Source of the DNA: a virus
Virus record (IMG/VR): IMGVR_UViG_3300028826_000074
DNA: 64,000 nt
Reading direction: 5' to 3' (one strand)
The translations under genes and the position numbers were made by a program. The notes under the pieces were generated by a model, which was given only the letters and a program-made list of their open reading frames with translations, did no database searches and had not been told where the DNA came from. Shown here piece by piece: positions 35,194 to 45,198 of this stretch (its first letter is position 1; the number at the start of each line of letters is the position of its first letter).

Positions 35194-36484
35194 CGAAGTT
35201 TTCTCCTGATTCATGGATTTCAAGCAGAAGACCGGCGATCTCGACGATCTCGTCTGCCGTTGCGTGTTCCACGACGTCGACCAGGCTTGTGACCGTGGCT
35301 GATGTCGTTCCCGTCTTCGCGTCAGTGAATGACAGCGATTCCGAAATTGCTTTGGTGAATGAAGCCAGCCGAGCGTCCGACATGGACATGACTTCGGCGA
35401 CTAGCTTGGCCAATTGCTTTGTGATCGAATCGGACAGATCCACCGACTCGGCGATAGCCTTGTTCGCTTCCTTCTTGATGGCGTCGGACAGGCTGATGGC
35501 TTCTGAGATGGAATGCTCAGCCGCCTTGCTGATGGTCTCGGTGATCGTCCAAACCTCGGCAACAAGCCCGATCAGGACCTTGAGCGATGTCACGGTATCG
35601 GTGAGGCTCAGCGCGTCGCTGACTAGCTTGCTCGTGGCTCTGACGACCGTCTCGCCAACCGTGATCGGATCGAGGATCAACTTGTTCGCTTCTTTTGTTA
35701 CCGCGTCCGACATCGACCACGACTCGACCACAGTAGCAAGGAATATCCGAAGCCCTGTGATGGTGTCGGTGATCGTCCAAGTCTCAGAGATCAGCTTTAC
35801 AGCCTCTTTCTTGATGGCGTCCGATGGCTCCCACGTCTCGGCGATCAGTTTGACCGGCGTCTTTGCGATGGTCTCGTTATAGGTGAGCGTCTCGGCAATA
35901 GTCCGAAGAAGCGTATCGGCAAAAGCCTCGCTCATCGACCACGATTCAGCGACGAGCTTGTTCGGGTTCTTGGTGATCCCTTCGGTGTAAGAGAGCGTCT
36001 CTGCAATCAGCTTGACCGCAAGAGCGACCCGAACGTCACTGAGCGTCCAAGGCTCTTTGACGAGCTTCTTGGCCTGCTTGATGGTGGTGTCTGAGAACCC
36101 ACTGGTGAGGGTCTCGATGATGATTTTGAGTAGGATGCCCTCGACTTCATCCGTCAGCGAGAGCGACTCAAGAACGATATGATTCGCCGATCCGCCCGCC
36201 CGGAGAGTGATCTCCCACTCTTCGATGATCAGCTTGGCAAAAGCGTGGATCTTTGAATCGGTGAATGCAAGAACCTCGGTGACGAATCCAGCCGGGAATC
36301 CGATGGTGATCGTGTCGGTTGGCGACCAAGGCTCTGATATCAGTTTGTTTGGATTGGCAGAGCAGAACTCGCCAAAGGTGAGCAGCTCTGAGATCCCGAA
36401 TACCGTCGTGCCGCCTGAATGCCCCCAGTAGGCTCTTGGCCTACGACGCTTGATGCGTCCATGCCTTCGATAGATCGTCGGCAT
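35183..36484 (-). CDS. Tail protein with about 18-aa periodic repeats
   Basis: Repeats of K-L-I-x-E-x-W/L-S/T-x-S/T-D/E across about 350 aa. Confidence 0.6.
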   Translation of the reverse strand: MPTIYRRHGRIKRRRPRAYWGHSGGTTVFGISELLTFGEFCSANPNKLISEPWSPTDTITIGFPAGFVTEVLAFTDSKIHAFAKLIIEEWEITLRAGGSANHIVLESLSLTDEVEGILLKIIIETLTSGFSDTTIKQAKKLVKEPWTLSDVRVALAVKLIAETLSYTEGITKNPNKLVAESWSMSEAFADTLLRTIAETLTYNETIAKTPVKLIAETWEPSDAIKKEAVKLISETWTITDTITGLRIFLATVVESWSMSDAVTKEANKLILDPITVGETVVRATSKLVSDALSLTDTVTSLKVLIGLVAEVWTITETISKAAEHSISEAISLSDAIKKEANKAIAESVDLSDSITKQLAKLVAEVMSMSDARLASFTKAISESLSFTDAKTGTTSATVTSLVDVVEHATADEIVEIAGLLLEIHESGENFDES

Positions 36485-36491
36485 TTAGGCT

Positions 36492-36977
36492 CTACTCTTC
36501 TTCGATCCAAGCGGTGAAGCATCCAGTAAGGTCGTCGGCCGGCGTCGTCTCCAGGCAGATGACAAGCCCTTCGCCTTGCTTGACCTTCGGGCAGAACCGC
36601 TCGTCTGGGTACCAGAAGTCGCATGGCGAGTTTCGTTCGTTCCAACCAATCTCCTCTAGGGTGACCGCTGACCCTGACGTCGTTGCAACCGTCGTATCAT
36701 TCGCCCTACAGGTTGCACCGCAAGCCGCGTCAGCCGAGTCCATTGGGATAGCCGAGACCGAAGATCCACCAGAGCCAACCGTGAACGTCGCAGGAAGCCG
36801 CTTGACCGTTACTCGAAGCCCTTCTTCGCCGGTATCGCCGACCTCCGATATCTGGGAGAGCCGAAAACCTCTGAGCTTGATCGGCTTGTCGTCGGCGGGT
36901 TGGATCGAGAAGATGTCGGTATTGCCCCCGGCATTGGTGATCGTTCCGTTGTAGGTGATGGCATAGATTCGGCTCAT
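36492..36977 (-). CDS. Tail-associated structural protein
   Basis: 161 aa, beta-rich, in the tail module. Confidence 0.5.
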   Translation of the reverse strand: MSRIYAITYNGTITNAGGNTDIFSIQPADDKPIKLRGFRLSQISEVGDTGEEGLRVTVKRLPATFTVGSGGSSVSAIPMDSADAACGATCRANDTTVATTSGSAVTLEEIGWNERNSPCDFWYPDERFCPKVKQGEGLVICLETTPADDLTGCFTAWIEEE

Positions 36978-36984
36978 TGGTTCG

Positions 36985-37503
36985 TTATCTCCTTCGGAAA
37001 AAGCGTGTCATTCGACGGTAAGGCGGTTGGGCTGGTAGCGGTGCGTCAGGGCATTCGAACCAGGCTTGGCTGCAGTAGACGGTGTTGAAATCGGCCCCGC
37101 TGAAGAACTCCAAGTACAGCGAGTTGTAGTTGCTGATCGCGTTGGCTTCGCCTGCCGACAGGGTGTAGGAGTAATCGGCGAACGAAGTCGTGAGCGTCGT
37201 CGTGGTCAGCGTGGCGACTAAGGTTCCCCCTGCCGTTGGATCGCCTTGATAGAGATTGACGACAACGGTGCCCGCCGCCGTGGAGCCCTTGCACCTGGCC
37301 CAAATCTTATGCCCAGAGCTCGACACCGGATCGGTGACGTTGCTGAGCGTGACCACGCCATCAGGAGAGAACGACGTCCCTGCCTGACTGATGTAATCGG
37401 CATCGTTGGCGGATGACTCATCGAGAACCGAAAACAGGTTCGCCCCGGTGCTACTCCACCCTCCGACCTGAATGTCGGCATCTGGCCTTGCGTTTTGTGC
37501 CAT
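36985..37503 (-). CDS. Tail-associated structural protein
   Basis: 172 aa, beta-rich, in the tail module. Confidence 0.5.
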   Translation of the reverse strand: MAQNARPDADIQVGGWSSTGANLFSVLDESSANDADYISQAGTSFSPDGVVTLSNVTDPVSSSGHKIWARCKGSTAAGTVVVNLYQGDPTAGGTLVATLTTTTLTTSFADYSYTLSAGEANAISNYNSLYLEFFSGADFNTVYCSQAWFECPDAPLPAQPPYRRMTRFFRRR

Positions 37504-37506
37504 GAC

Positions 37507-40221
37507 TTAAGCGAAGTTGCGGCCCGATGGCCCGATGTACTGAAACAGGTCTCCTGCTTGGATGCAGAAAGCCACGATGCGCTGAATGCCGCCCGCCTTG
37601 ACCGACTCAGCGACCGCTAAGCCATCATTGTCGACGCCCGGAATCGCGGTGAACTCGGGCTCGATCTCCTCAAGCGAGTTGTCGTAGATGACGCCCTTGA
37701 CGTCGGTCCCGCCATCGATCCAGTAAACGAAGTGGTGACCCATCTTGCCGATGCAAGCGGCGGGCATGGACGCTTCGCCTGATGTGCTGATCTGAGTTGC
37801 CACGCTGAATGTTTGCCCTTCGTCCTCGGTGTAATAGCGAAGAATGTCGCCGTCGTTGGATTCGACCCACAGGTAAACCCGCTGCCCTTGGCGATACTTG
37901 TCGACCTGCAAAGCAACCGACTTGCCCTCGATGGTGGTTTCTGAATCGTCCCAATCGAGCGAGTTGTCGGAGACGCCAAACCAGATAAGCCCATCGTCGC
38001 GGATCTGAGCCCGGTAATGCCTCAGCGATGCCGAGACGTCATAGGCGAGTTTGGCCCTGCCAATCGAGACGCCGCCAACGTAGATGTGATACCGCCGCCC
38101 GATGGCGACCAAGTTGTAATAGGCTTTTGTCTGTGGCGCCGAATGCCGTGGAACGTAATGCTCGACATCGCTTGCGCTTGGCAGTGTCGTTTCATATCTC
38201 GACTCTGGCAGGACCTTCAACCCAAGAGCGCCATCGTTGCACTCATAGGTGAAGTCGAATATCGGTTCGTTTTCGGAGACGATCCGAACTTCAGTAAGCG
38301 ATCCGCCGACCGATGTCGCTGATGCCTCATTGCCCCAAACATGCAGGGCGATTGCTTCATTGGCGTCCCAGTCAAGTTCCCAACGCCCGTAGAACGCGCC
38401 GTATCCAAACATGGAGCCGACCGACGCCTTTAGTTCGCAGTTGCCGGTGACCGATTGATCCGGCGTGATCTCGAAGTCGATGCCCTGAACGTCCAGGTCG
38501 GTGACTTCACGAAGCTCGAGCGAACTGACCGGGCTATGCGACGGCAAAGCATAGTTGGTGCTGACGACATCGATATTCTGTTTTGATACAAGGAGCGTGA
38601 CGATATTGCTGAGCGATGCCCCTTGAGCGATCCTGAAAGCGTCCCGTCCATCGACGTGGCCGGCCATACTGTGATTCGTTTCGCCGCTCGCGCCATCTGC
38701 CGAGCCGTTTCGATGAGACAAACTTCCCGAGACCTTGACCGCCATCCGAAGATCGGTCACTTCGACGGTGCCATCTTCAAACTGGAGCCGAACCGAGTAG
38801 ATCGACCTGAGGCCCGAGAACCGGGACGATGCAGCTGATTCCTCGTCTTGTTGGGCCTGGTTGATTCTCTCAAGCCTTGGAAGCGAGGATGCCGCCGAGC
38901 CGCCCACGAGAGACGGTCTGAGCGTGTCGATGTAGGCTGTGCCGGTTCCTGACAGGATGCCCGCTGAGAACGTCTTCACCGTCGATTCTAGGCCAAAGGA
39001 CGAAGCAACGACTTCGACGATCACGCTTGGCGATCCAACCGAGACGTCGTAATCGAAAGCCAGATATCTGTAAGGCGATCCGCTGACGATTGGCGACATC
39101 AGCGCAGTGAATGTCCCCGTCTCGCTTCCAGCTGCCAGAACGTCGCCGACTGCGCTTGCCCCGTCTCCTTGAGCCGTCCAAGCGGAATGAGCTAGATCCT
39201 TGCTCGCCGGAAGAGTGACCGTTGCGAACGTGATGTCCCTGCAATCGGCATCGTCCGAGAAAACGTGCTTGATGTTTCGCTCGAGCGGATTCTCAACCTC
39301 TTGGTAAACGAAGTCGCCCGGGTCTTCACCGAACGCCGCATACCGCCAGTAAAGCTGAACGTTCGTGGCCCAGCTCTTCACCGGAGCATCGAACGCATAG
39401 GTATGAAAGGTTGTGGTCGATGTTCGCAGCGTCGCCGAAAGCGCCGAGCACCTCTTGGCTACCGAGAAGACATCATCGATCGGCGTCGTGGCTGTCTGTA
39501 CGAAGTCCCCGAAGTCCGTCGAGCCGTCGATCGTCCCCGGCGTGTCATAGATGTCGCCAAAGACCAAGATGACCGGCTTGGCCAGTTGATTCCCTTCCAG
39601 GTCTACCGGCTTGAATTTGACCGTGTACTTGGTTTGCGGGTGAACGTTTGCGTTGATCGATGCCAGCGAGCCTATCGATGGTGGAGCAATGGCATAGAGG
39701 CTTGAACTCGTCGCTTCGACTCCATAGCCATTTTGAAAGTAGGAGTGAGTCTCGAACTCTACGGCTTCCCCGAATAGTTCGGCCCATTCCAGCCGCATAT
39801 TGCCCGACAGACCGTTCGGCGATGGCGGCGCGATCGATGCCGCAAACTCAAAAGCGTCCGATCTTAGGCAGTCATCGGTTAGGTGACCAATGGCAAGAGC
39901 GATCGTCGTGTTCGTGACATAGGTGATGCTTGCCGCCTTATCTTGCCGCTCATAGACTTCGGTGACCGTTGCCGCTCCCGATGGATCAAAGCCATTGAGT
40001 GCAACCGTGTCGAATGAATACTCGGCATCGAACGTCGCTTCGATCGTGACGTTTCGGCGCCAGACGTAAGGCGTATTGATGTTGAGTCCGCCAAGCCCCA
40101 TGAAAGGCGTCGCGTGTTGCCGGTAGTTTAGAGCCGTTGGCCAAGCAAGGGCAGGGAACGCGGTTTGCACCGAATGGAGCTCTTGGAGTTCCAAGATCAC
40201 GATCGACGAACTGAACGGCAT
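37507..40221 (-). CDS. Large tail tip protein
   Basis: 904 aa, beta-rich, downstream of tape measure and hub genes. Confidence 0.55.
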   Translation of the reverse strand: MPFSSSIVILELQELHSVQTAFPALAWPTALNYRQHATPFMGLGGLNINTPYVWRRNVTIEATFDAEYSFDTVALNGFDPSGAATVTEVYERQDKAASITYVTNTTIALAIGHLTDDCLRSDAFEFAASIAPPSPNGLSGNMRLEWAELFGEAVEFETHSYFQNGYGVEATSSSLYAIAPPSIGSLASINANVHPQTKYTVKFKPVDLEGNQLAKPVILVFGDIYDTPGTIDGSTDFGDFVQTATTPIDDVFSVAKRCSALSATLRTSTTTFHTYAFDAPVKSWATNVQLYWRYAAFGEDPGDFVYQEVENPLERNIKHVFSDDADCRDITFATVTLPASKDLAHSAWTAQGDGASAVGDVLAAGSETGTFTALMSPIVSGSPYRYLAFDYDVSVGSPSVIVEVVASSFGLESTVKTFSAGILSGTGTAYIDTLRPSLVGGSAASSLPRLERINQAQQDEESAASSRFSGLRSIYSVRLQFEDGTVEVTDLRMAVKVSGSLSHRNGSADGASGETNHSMAGHVDGRDAFRIAQGASLSNIVTLLVSKQNIDVVSTNYALPSHSPVSSLELREVTDLDVQGIDFEITPDQSVTGNCELKASVGSMFGYGAFYGRWELDWDANEAIALHVWGNEASATSVGGSLTEVRIVSENEPIFDFTYECNDGALGLKVLPESRYETTLPSASDVEHYVPRHSAPQTKAYYNLVAIGRRYHIYVGGVSIGRAKLAYDVSASLRHYRAQIRDDGLIWFGVSDNSLDWDDSETTIEGKSVALQVDKYRQGQRVYLWVESNDGDILRYYTEDEGQTFSVATQISTSGEASMPAACIGKMGHHFVYWIDGGTDVKGVIYDNSLEEIEPEFTAIPGVDNDGLAVAESVKAGGIQRIVAFCIQAGDLFQYIGPSGRNFA

Positions 40222-40356
40222 TTAACCTAGCTTCTTGACCGTCTTTGGTTGCAACTTGGCTAGCTTTTCCCAGCCGGGACGCTTGACGACTTTGTTGACG
40301 GACCTGAGTTCGTGACGCCGAGCGATGGATTCAAGGTCTACGTTTGGCTTTCTCAT
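40222..40356 (-). CDS. Small basic protein (44 aa)
   Basis: ATGA-coupled; fills the gap between tail genes. Confidence 0.4.
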   Translation of the reverse strand: MRKPNVDLESIARRHELRSVNKVVKRPGWEKLAKLQPKTVKKLG

Positions 40357-42542
40357 TCTCCGACCCTCCTAAGGCAATAACTCGCTTCTCGCCAACGCCA
40401 ACCGTCGATATCGCTGTACTCGTGATCGAAGTCCGTCCTAAGCGACAGGATTCTGTATCTGCCCTGCCCATCTAACCTGATGTCTTTGCCGCGCCAGAGG
40501 ATCACTCCGTTGGTGTCGAGCATCAATTCGCAGGTGATCTCAGCCAGCCTCTGGACCGGCGTCAGCCTTTCGAATAGAAGCGTTGCCGCCCTATCGCATG
40601 CGTCCTGAGTGTTGATGGCAGGCTCCAAGAGACCGTATCGCCTTGGTTCCCCAAGCCAATTGTCAGGCCTCGATGCCACTGCCGTCGTCGGGTCCTGGCT
40701 TGCGTTGTCTGGATAGTGGCTCTGGATCGGTCTGCGCTTGCGCGGATCCCATCCAGTTACCCGGATATCGTTCGCTTCTGGCTCAAGCCTTCGTTCGGTA
40801 AAGGATCGGTAAACGTGCTTCCAAGCATCGACTTCCAAGATGCCATCATCGATAGCATCTTGCCGTGAGGCATAGAGCGTGAACGCGACATCGGCGGCAT
40901 CCAGAGATTCAGGCGACTTGAAGACGAACTTGATCCCGCCGGACGTTGGCTCGAATCCCCAGTGATAGGTCGCGGCGTAGTCTTCGATCAGGCGTTGCAC
41001 CCACTCGGCAGCGGTGTCGCCGATCTCGATGACGACGTTGAAGTCCCCTGCCTTATCCTGTGGGATCGAATCAAGGTAGAAGTCTGGATCGTCTAGGTCG
41101 AGGTCCCCGGCTTCCAGCCCTGCCCGAAGCAGGCAAAACTCCAAGGCATCCTTGAGCCGATATCCGTCGAGCACTTGCCGCTCGCGGAACATGTAATTCT
41201 CTAAGCCCTTCCACCGAGTCCGAACCTCGATCGTGGCTCGCTGTGAGGCATCGGACGTGGACATCACCCATTCAGGCGCTTCCCCTTGTCCGTCAATCAT
41301 GCCGCTCGCGCCAACGTCGATCCTGATCGGACGGTTGACCATCGTCCTGATGTCTGGCACGGTCCCTTCCGCGTCTTCAGGTCCGATTACCGTCAGGCTG
41401 ACCGATACTGCCGTTGGATCGTCTGGAACCTCCAAGGAGACCGATTCGATCCAAGGCGTTAGGTCTTGCTGTTCATTTGCGGTGTCTTCGACGATTGCGG
41501 CATAGGCGATTTGCGCCCCGTAGACGAACGGAGTGTATGCCCCGTCGCCGGTTAGCGTGGCTTTGATCCTGACCGACTTATTGACAGAGTTGGCGACGAA
41601 CGCTGCGCCGGTTGGACCGATCAGGCTCGCCTGCGTGGTCGTGGTCGGTGATCCGCCGAATGGAGGGTCGCCGTAGATGCGAAAGTTCTGTCCTGCCCCG
41701 CCCGCAAAAGCAGCGTTAGTAAACGTCTCAAGGGTGTCGGTTCCGCTTGGCGCTTCGCTGAGTTGAAAGTCGTCGCTTGTCGCATAGCCTGTGACGTTGT
41801 ACTGTAATGGCGCGATCTGAATCTTCGCCGTGGCCGTTGGCAAGTCCACCCAGAAGACGCCGGCAGGAGTGATCACCGGATCAGTGTCGCTCTCCTGGAT
41901 GTCATCAAAGACATGGCTAAACCCGTTGCCGTTGCGCGAGAGCACGATAAGCTCTCTTCGCCTTCCAGGGATCAGGAGGAGGCCGTATTCGCTCGCCCCG
42001 ATGTTTGTGCCGCTGATGGCTCCTGAAACGTTGTAGACGCCAACGAGAGTGGCATCCTTCCATATCTCCAGCTCGCCGCCAGAGAAGAGCCTAAGCCCAA
42101 TTCTGCCCGTCAGGTTGTAGACAGGGTTATTTCCCCAACCAAACTCAGCGAGGACGAAGTTGTCGCCCGCCGAGTAGTTGAAGATCGAAAGGTAGATGCC
42201 CCGGTTCTTGCCCAGGCTCGGCGTCATCAGCCAGCCTGCCGCGGCCTGATTGCTCGATAGCCATGGCCCAGCAGCAACGGCGCCCATCGAATAGTCGTTC
42301 GACCAATTAGCCGCCGTCTCGAAGGTTAGATCAGCTTTGGCGTACTTGGCATAGATGCCCGTGTTGAGCGTGTACCAAGCATCGTACAGCGGCCCAGGCC
42401 TGAGCATGAGCGTGTTGGTAACCGGGTCGATATAGGTGTCTTGGTACTCGTAGCCGTTCAGCTCGTAACCGGCAGCGATCACGCTGATCCGATCCTGCGA
42501 CAAACGCTTCTGCGCGTGGTCGAATATGGTGCTGAGTGACAT
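40353..42542 (-). CDS. Distal tail/hub protein
   Basis: 729 aa immediately after the tape measure; C-terminal hub-like motifs (NDIRVTG...INTQDACDRAA). Confidence 0.55.
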   Translation of the reverse strand: MSLSTIFDHAQKRLSQDRISVIAAGYELNGYEYQDTYIDPVTNTLMLRPGPLYDAWYTLNTGIYAKYAKADLTFETAANWSNDYSMGAVAAGPWLSSNQAAAGWLMTPSLGKNRGIYLSIFNYSAGDNFVLAEFGWGNNPVYNLTGRIGLRLFSGGELEIWKDATLVGVYNVSGAISGTNIGASEYGLLLIPGRRRELIVLSRNGNGFSHVFDDIQESDTDPVITPAGVFWVDLPTATAKIQIAPLQYNVTGYATSDDFQLSEAPSGTDTLETFTNAAFAGGAGQNFRIYGDPPFGGSPTTTTQASLIGPTGAAFVANSVNKSVRIKATLTGDGAYTPFVYGAQIAYAAIVEDTANEQQDLTPWIESVSLEVPDDPTAVSVSLTVIGPEDAEGTVPDIRTMVNRPIRIDVGASGMIDGQGEAPEWVMSTSDASQRATIEVRTRWKGLENYMFRERQVLDGYRLKDALEFCLLRAGLEAGDLDLDDPDFYLDSIPQDKAGDFNVVIEIGDTAAEWVQRLIEDYAATYHWGFEPTSGGIKFVFKSPESLDAADVAFTLYASRQDAIDDGILEVDAWKHVYRSFTERRLEPEANDIRVTGWDPRKRRPIQSHYPDNASQDPTTAVASRPDNWLGEPRRYGLLEPAINTQDACDRAATLLFERLTPVQRLAEITCELMLDTNGVILWRGKDIRLDGQGRYRILSLRTDFDHEYSDIDGWRWREASYCLRRVGE

Positions 42543-44114
42543 TTACCTTGTGACTCTCGCCCTGGAAAGCATGCCCTGCATGACTGCGCCGCCTGTTTGT
42601 TGCTCGACGGCAGCGACGAGATATCGAATGGCACCCTCGACGGTGTTTCGTCCTCGCCTCATCCCACCGAGTTCGACGGGGGTAATCCCCATCTTGCCGA
42701 AGGTGCCGCCACCGAGAATGCTCTTGCTAATCTGCTCTTGCCTTGTCAGGACTTCAGCTGTTGTCTTCGTGTTGAGCTGGATCTGCTTGAGCGGGCTATT
42801 GTTGAGAGCGTCGCTGAGTTCGGTTGATTGGCCAGTCGCAGAATCATTGATCATGGCGATCTTCTCTTCGGCTGATTGCTTGATCTGATCAATGATGAAC
42901 CCCAAAGTGCTCAGTGGATTGGAAGCATCGGCAATCGCTCCAACGTACTTCTCGATCGATGCCATCGCTTGATCGCCGAATGGGGTAACTGCCGCGATGA
43001 TTTTCAGCAAGCCAAGGACCTGATCGATAATCCACTTGATGCCATCCTGCGCGGTTTGGACTGCTGTCTGAATCAATGTCGGAAGAGCTTCGGCAACCGC
43101 TGCTGTATAGGCGATGATCGTGACGAATAGGTCTTCTTTGCCGCCGCCGAACATCTTCGACCAGTTATCGGCAATCCGCTGGAAGACACCAGAATCCGAT
43201 AGGCTCTGAATCATCAGCGATGCCTTTTCGATGGCAGGCAGGAAGTTTGTCGCGATTGCAGACCCGGCAGATGCCATAGCCAACTTGGTAGCGTCGGCAA
43301 CGTTCTCGAGTGAATTGCGGACGCCGCCTGCGACCTTTGGAAGTCTCCCGAGTTCGTCTGTCAGTTTTGTGATGAACTCGGTGGAAGTCAGCCCCATCTT
43401 TTGAAGCGTTTCGGTGTTTGCCGTTCCGAACGCCGCTTGCATCAGTGGCCTGATCTGCGGCAACCGCTCTGCGATCTGGTTGATCTCTTCAGCTGATACG
43501 ACGCCCTTTGCAGCGATCTGGCTGAGTGCAATCACTACGCCGTCGAGTTCGGTCTTGCCCTTGCCTACGGTCGCTAGCGCATTTCCGAATCCCATCAAGG
43601 CATCTGCCGCGGTCTTCGCTGAGAGTCCTGCTGCCTGGAGGTTAATCAACCCTTGGCCAGCCTCGAAAACGCCAAGCCCTGGCAGCTTCGCAATCTCTCG
43701 GACCTTCTGGAATTGCTTTGCCGCCTCTTCTTGCGATCCGGCGACTGCCGTCAGCCCCTTCATTAGCGAATCGAGTTCACTGTAGGCATCGAGTGCAGAC
43801 TTTGCAAATCCCGCGAATGCGATGGTTCCTGCCGCCGCCGCGCCAGCCGTCACTAGAATCGCTTGGCCTACCGCTTTGATTGGCGCGAGGATCATGCCGA
43901 CGTAGTTGGATGCTTCACCGAATGCGCCGATAAGGTCATCAGCGCCATCTTTCAAACCACTGAATGGCGAACCGCCCGTCGTCTTGCTTGTCTTTCGATG
44001 AACCTGATCGACGGCACTGCCGAACGCTCTCGTCTTCTGAGTGGCAGCGACGACCTTTGCCGTATATCGGTCATCGACCGAATACCTTGTGATGATCTCT
44101 TCAACCGTTGCCAT
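42543..44114 (-). CDS. Tail tape measure protein
   Basis: Tape-measure domain motifs (LSQIAAKGVVSAEEINQIAERLP), Ala-rich helices, follows the tail chaperone. Confidence 0.9.
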   Translation of the reverse strand: MATVEEIITRYSVDDRYTAKVVAATQKTRAFGSAVDQVHRKTSKTTGGSPFSGLKDGADDLIGAFGEASNYVGMILAPIKAVGQAILVTAGAAAAGTIAFAGFAKSALDAYSELDSLMKGLTAVAGSQEEAAKQFQKVREIAKLPGLGVFEAGQGLINLQAAGLSAKTAADALMGFGNALATVGKGKTELDGVVIALSQIAAKGVVSAEEINQIAERLPQIRPLMQAAFGTANTETLQKMGLTSTEFITKLTDELGRLPKVAGGVRNSLENVADATKLAMASAGSAIATNFLPAIEKASLMIQSLSDSGVFQRIADNWSKMFGGGKEDLFVTIIAYTAAVAEALPTLIQTAVQTAQDGIKWIIDQVLGLLKIIAAVTPFGDQAMASIEKYVGAIADASNPLSTLGFIIDQIKQSAEEKIAMINDSATGQSTELSDALNNSPLKQIQLNTKTTAEVLTRQEQISKSILGGGTFGKMGITPVELGGMRRGRNTVEGAIRYLVAAVEQQTGGAVMQGMLSRARVTR

Positions 44115-44259
44115 GTTCGGATTCCAGAATTCGTAATGCGTACAGTTCGAACAGCCTTGGTCGCTGCTCTGGTTTTAGGTCGTCGATATGGCACCCGTAG
44201 GCGTCTCGGCAAACTGTTAGGAGGTTTCGCCGGTTGCCGTCGACCGCAAGCCTTTTTTT
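44101..44259 (-). other. -1 programmed frameshift extension of tail assembly chaperone (G-T type)
   Basis: Slippery A AAA AAA at 44259..44253; the -1 frame stays open (RLAVDGNRRNLLTVCRDAYG...) to TGA at 44101, overlapping the tape measure start. Confidence 0.75.
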
Positions 44260-44663
44260 GCCTCTTCAACCGCCTCTTCAATCTCGGCAGCTTCGAACTT
44301 CTGTCGCTCTGCTTCGATGGCGTTGACGATGGTGACGAAGACGGCGTGAATCTGAGCCAATTTGAATGCCTCAATCTCAGTGATCTTTGGCCCAACTGCA
44401 AGCCAGTGGATCATGATCGCCGAGATGATTGTCTTCGGGTTCTTTGGCAGAACAGCCTTCATGCTCGGGTGGACAGTCGTCTTCTTGCCGCTCGCATCCG
44501 GCGTGATCATTGCGACGTACTCGCGGGCGCGATCAGTGAACGCCTCGAAGTCGTCGGCGTCTCGGAAGTGGCGGAACTCGAATTCCTCGCCACCTGGCAA
44601 CTTGACTGTGTAGGTTTCTGCCTTCGGCTTATACCGTTCTAGGACTTTATCAATGATGCTCAT
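44217..44663 (-). CDS. Tail assembly chaperone
   Basis: 148 aa between the major tail gene and tape measure, with a slippery site near the 3' end. Confidence 0.75.
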   Translation of the reverse strand: MSIIDKVLERYKPKAETYTVKLPGGEEFEFRHFRDADDFEAFTDRAREYVAMITPDASGKKTTVHPSMKAVLPKNPKTIISAIMIHWLAVGPKITEIEAFKLAQIHAVFVTIVNAIEAERQKFEAAEIEEAVEEAKKGLRSTATGETS

Positions 44664-44687
44664 ATTGGTTTGCGTTACAATGCGGCA

Positions 44688-45083
44688 ATGAAGTGGATCA
44701 CTCTTGCCGCTATTTTCGTGGCCCTAATTGGATGTATTCAGAACCCGCCGATGCCGGAAACTCCGACCGTTGCAGTGGCCCCTCCGCAAAGAGTCGAACC
44801 ATCGACGCCGAAGCCGTCAACAGATACTGGCTATGCTCAGCGATTCAACGATGTCGCCCGGATATTCATAGACAAAGGCGCGTCGGTCGACCCGCTTGAT
44901 CCATCAGCGCCTTACACGATGCGGGTCTATTTGCCTTCGTCATTGGCCATGAATATGACTCAGGTTCAGGCCAGAGAACTTGCAGGAATGGCAAGAACTA
45001 GGCTTCACGACAAAGCCATCGTCTACATCAAGACCGAAGGTGGACAGACGATTGCCAAGGCTACTCCTTGGGGCTTTGAGTAG
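44688..45083 (+). CDS. Lipoprotein moron (opposite strand)
   Basis: MKWITLAAIFVALIGC lipobox; -10 TACAAT 6 nt upstream. Confidence 0.65.
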   Translation: MKWITLAAIFVALIGCIQNPPMPETPTVAVAPPQRVEPSTPKPSTDTGYAQRFNDVARIFIDKGASVDPLDPSAPYTMRVYLPSSLAMNMTQVQARELAGMARTRLHDKAIVYIKTEGGQTIAKATPWGFE

Positions 45084-45198
45084 TCAGGATGCCGCGGATA
45101 TTCTCGCGGTGAGAGTTTTGCGGTTCCAGATTGTCAAGCAGTGACTCTCGGTAACCTATTCAGATCACTTTTGGTTATGAAGTTGCTAAACTTCGACC

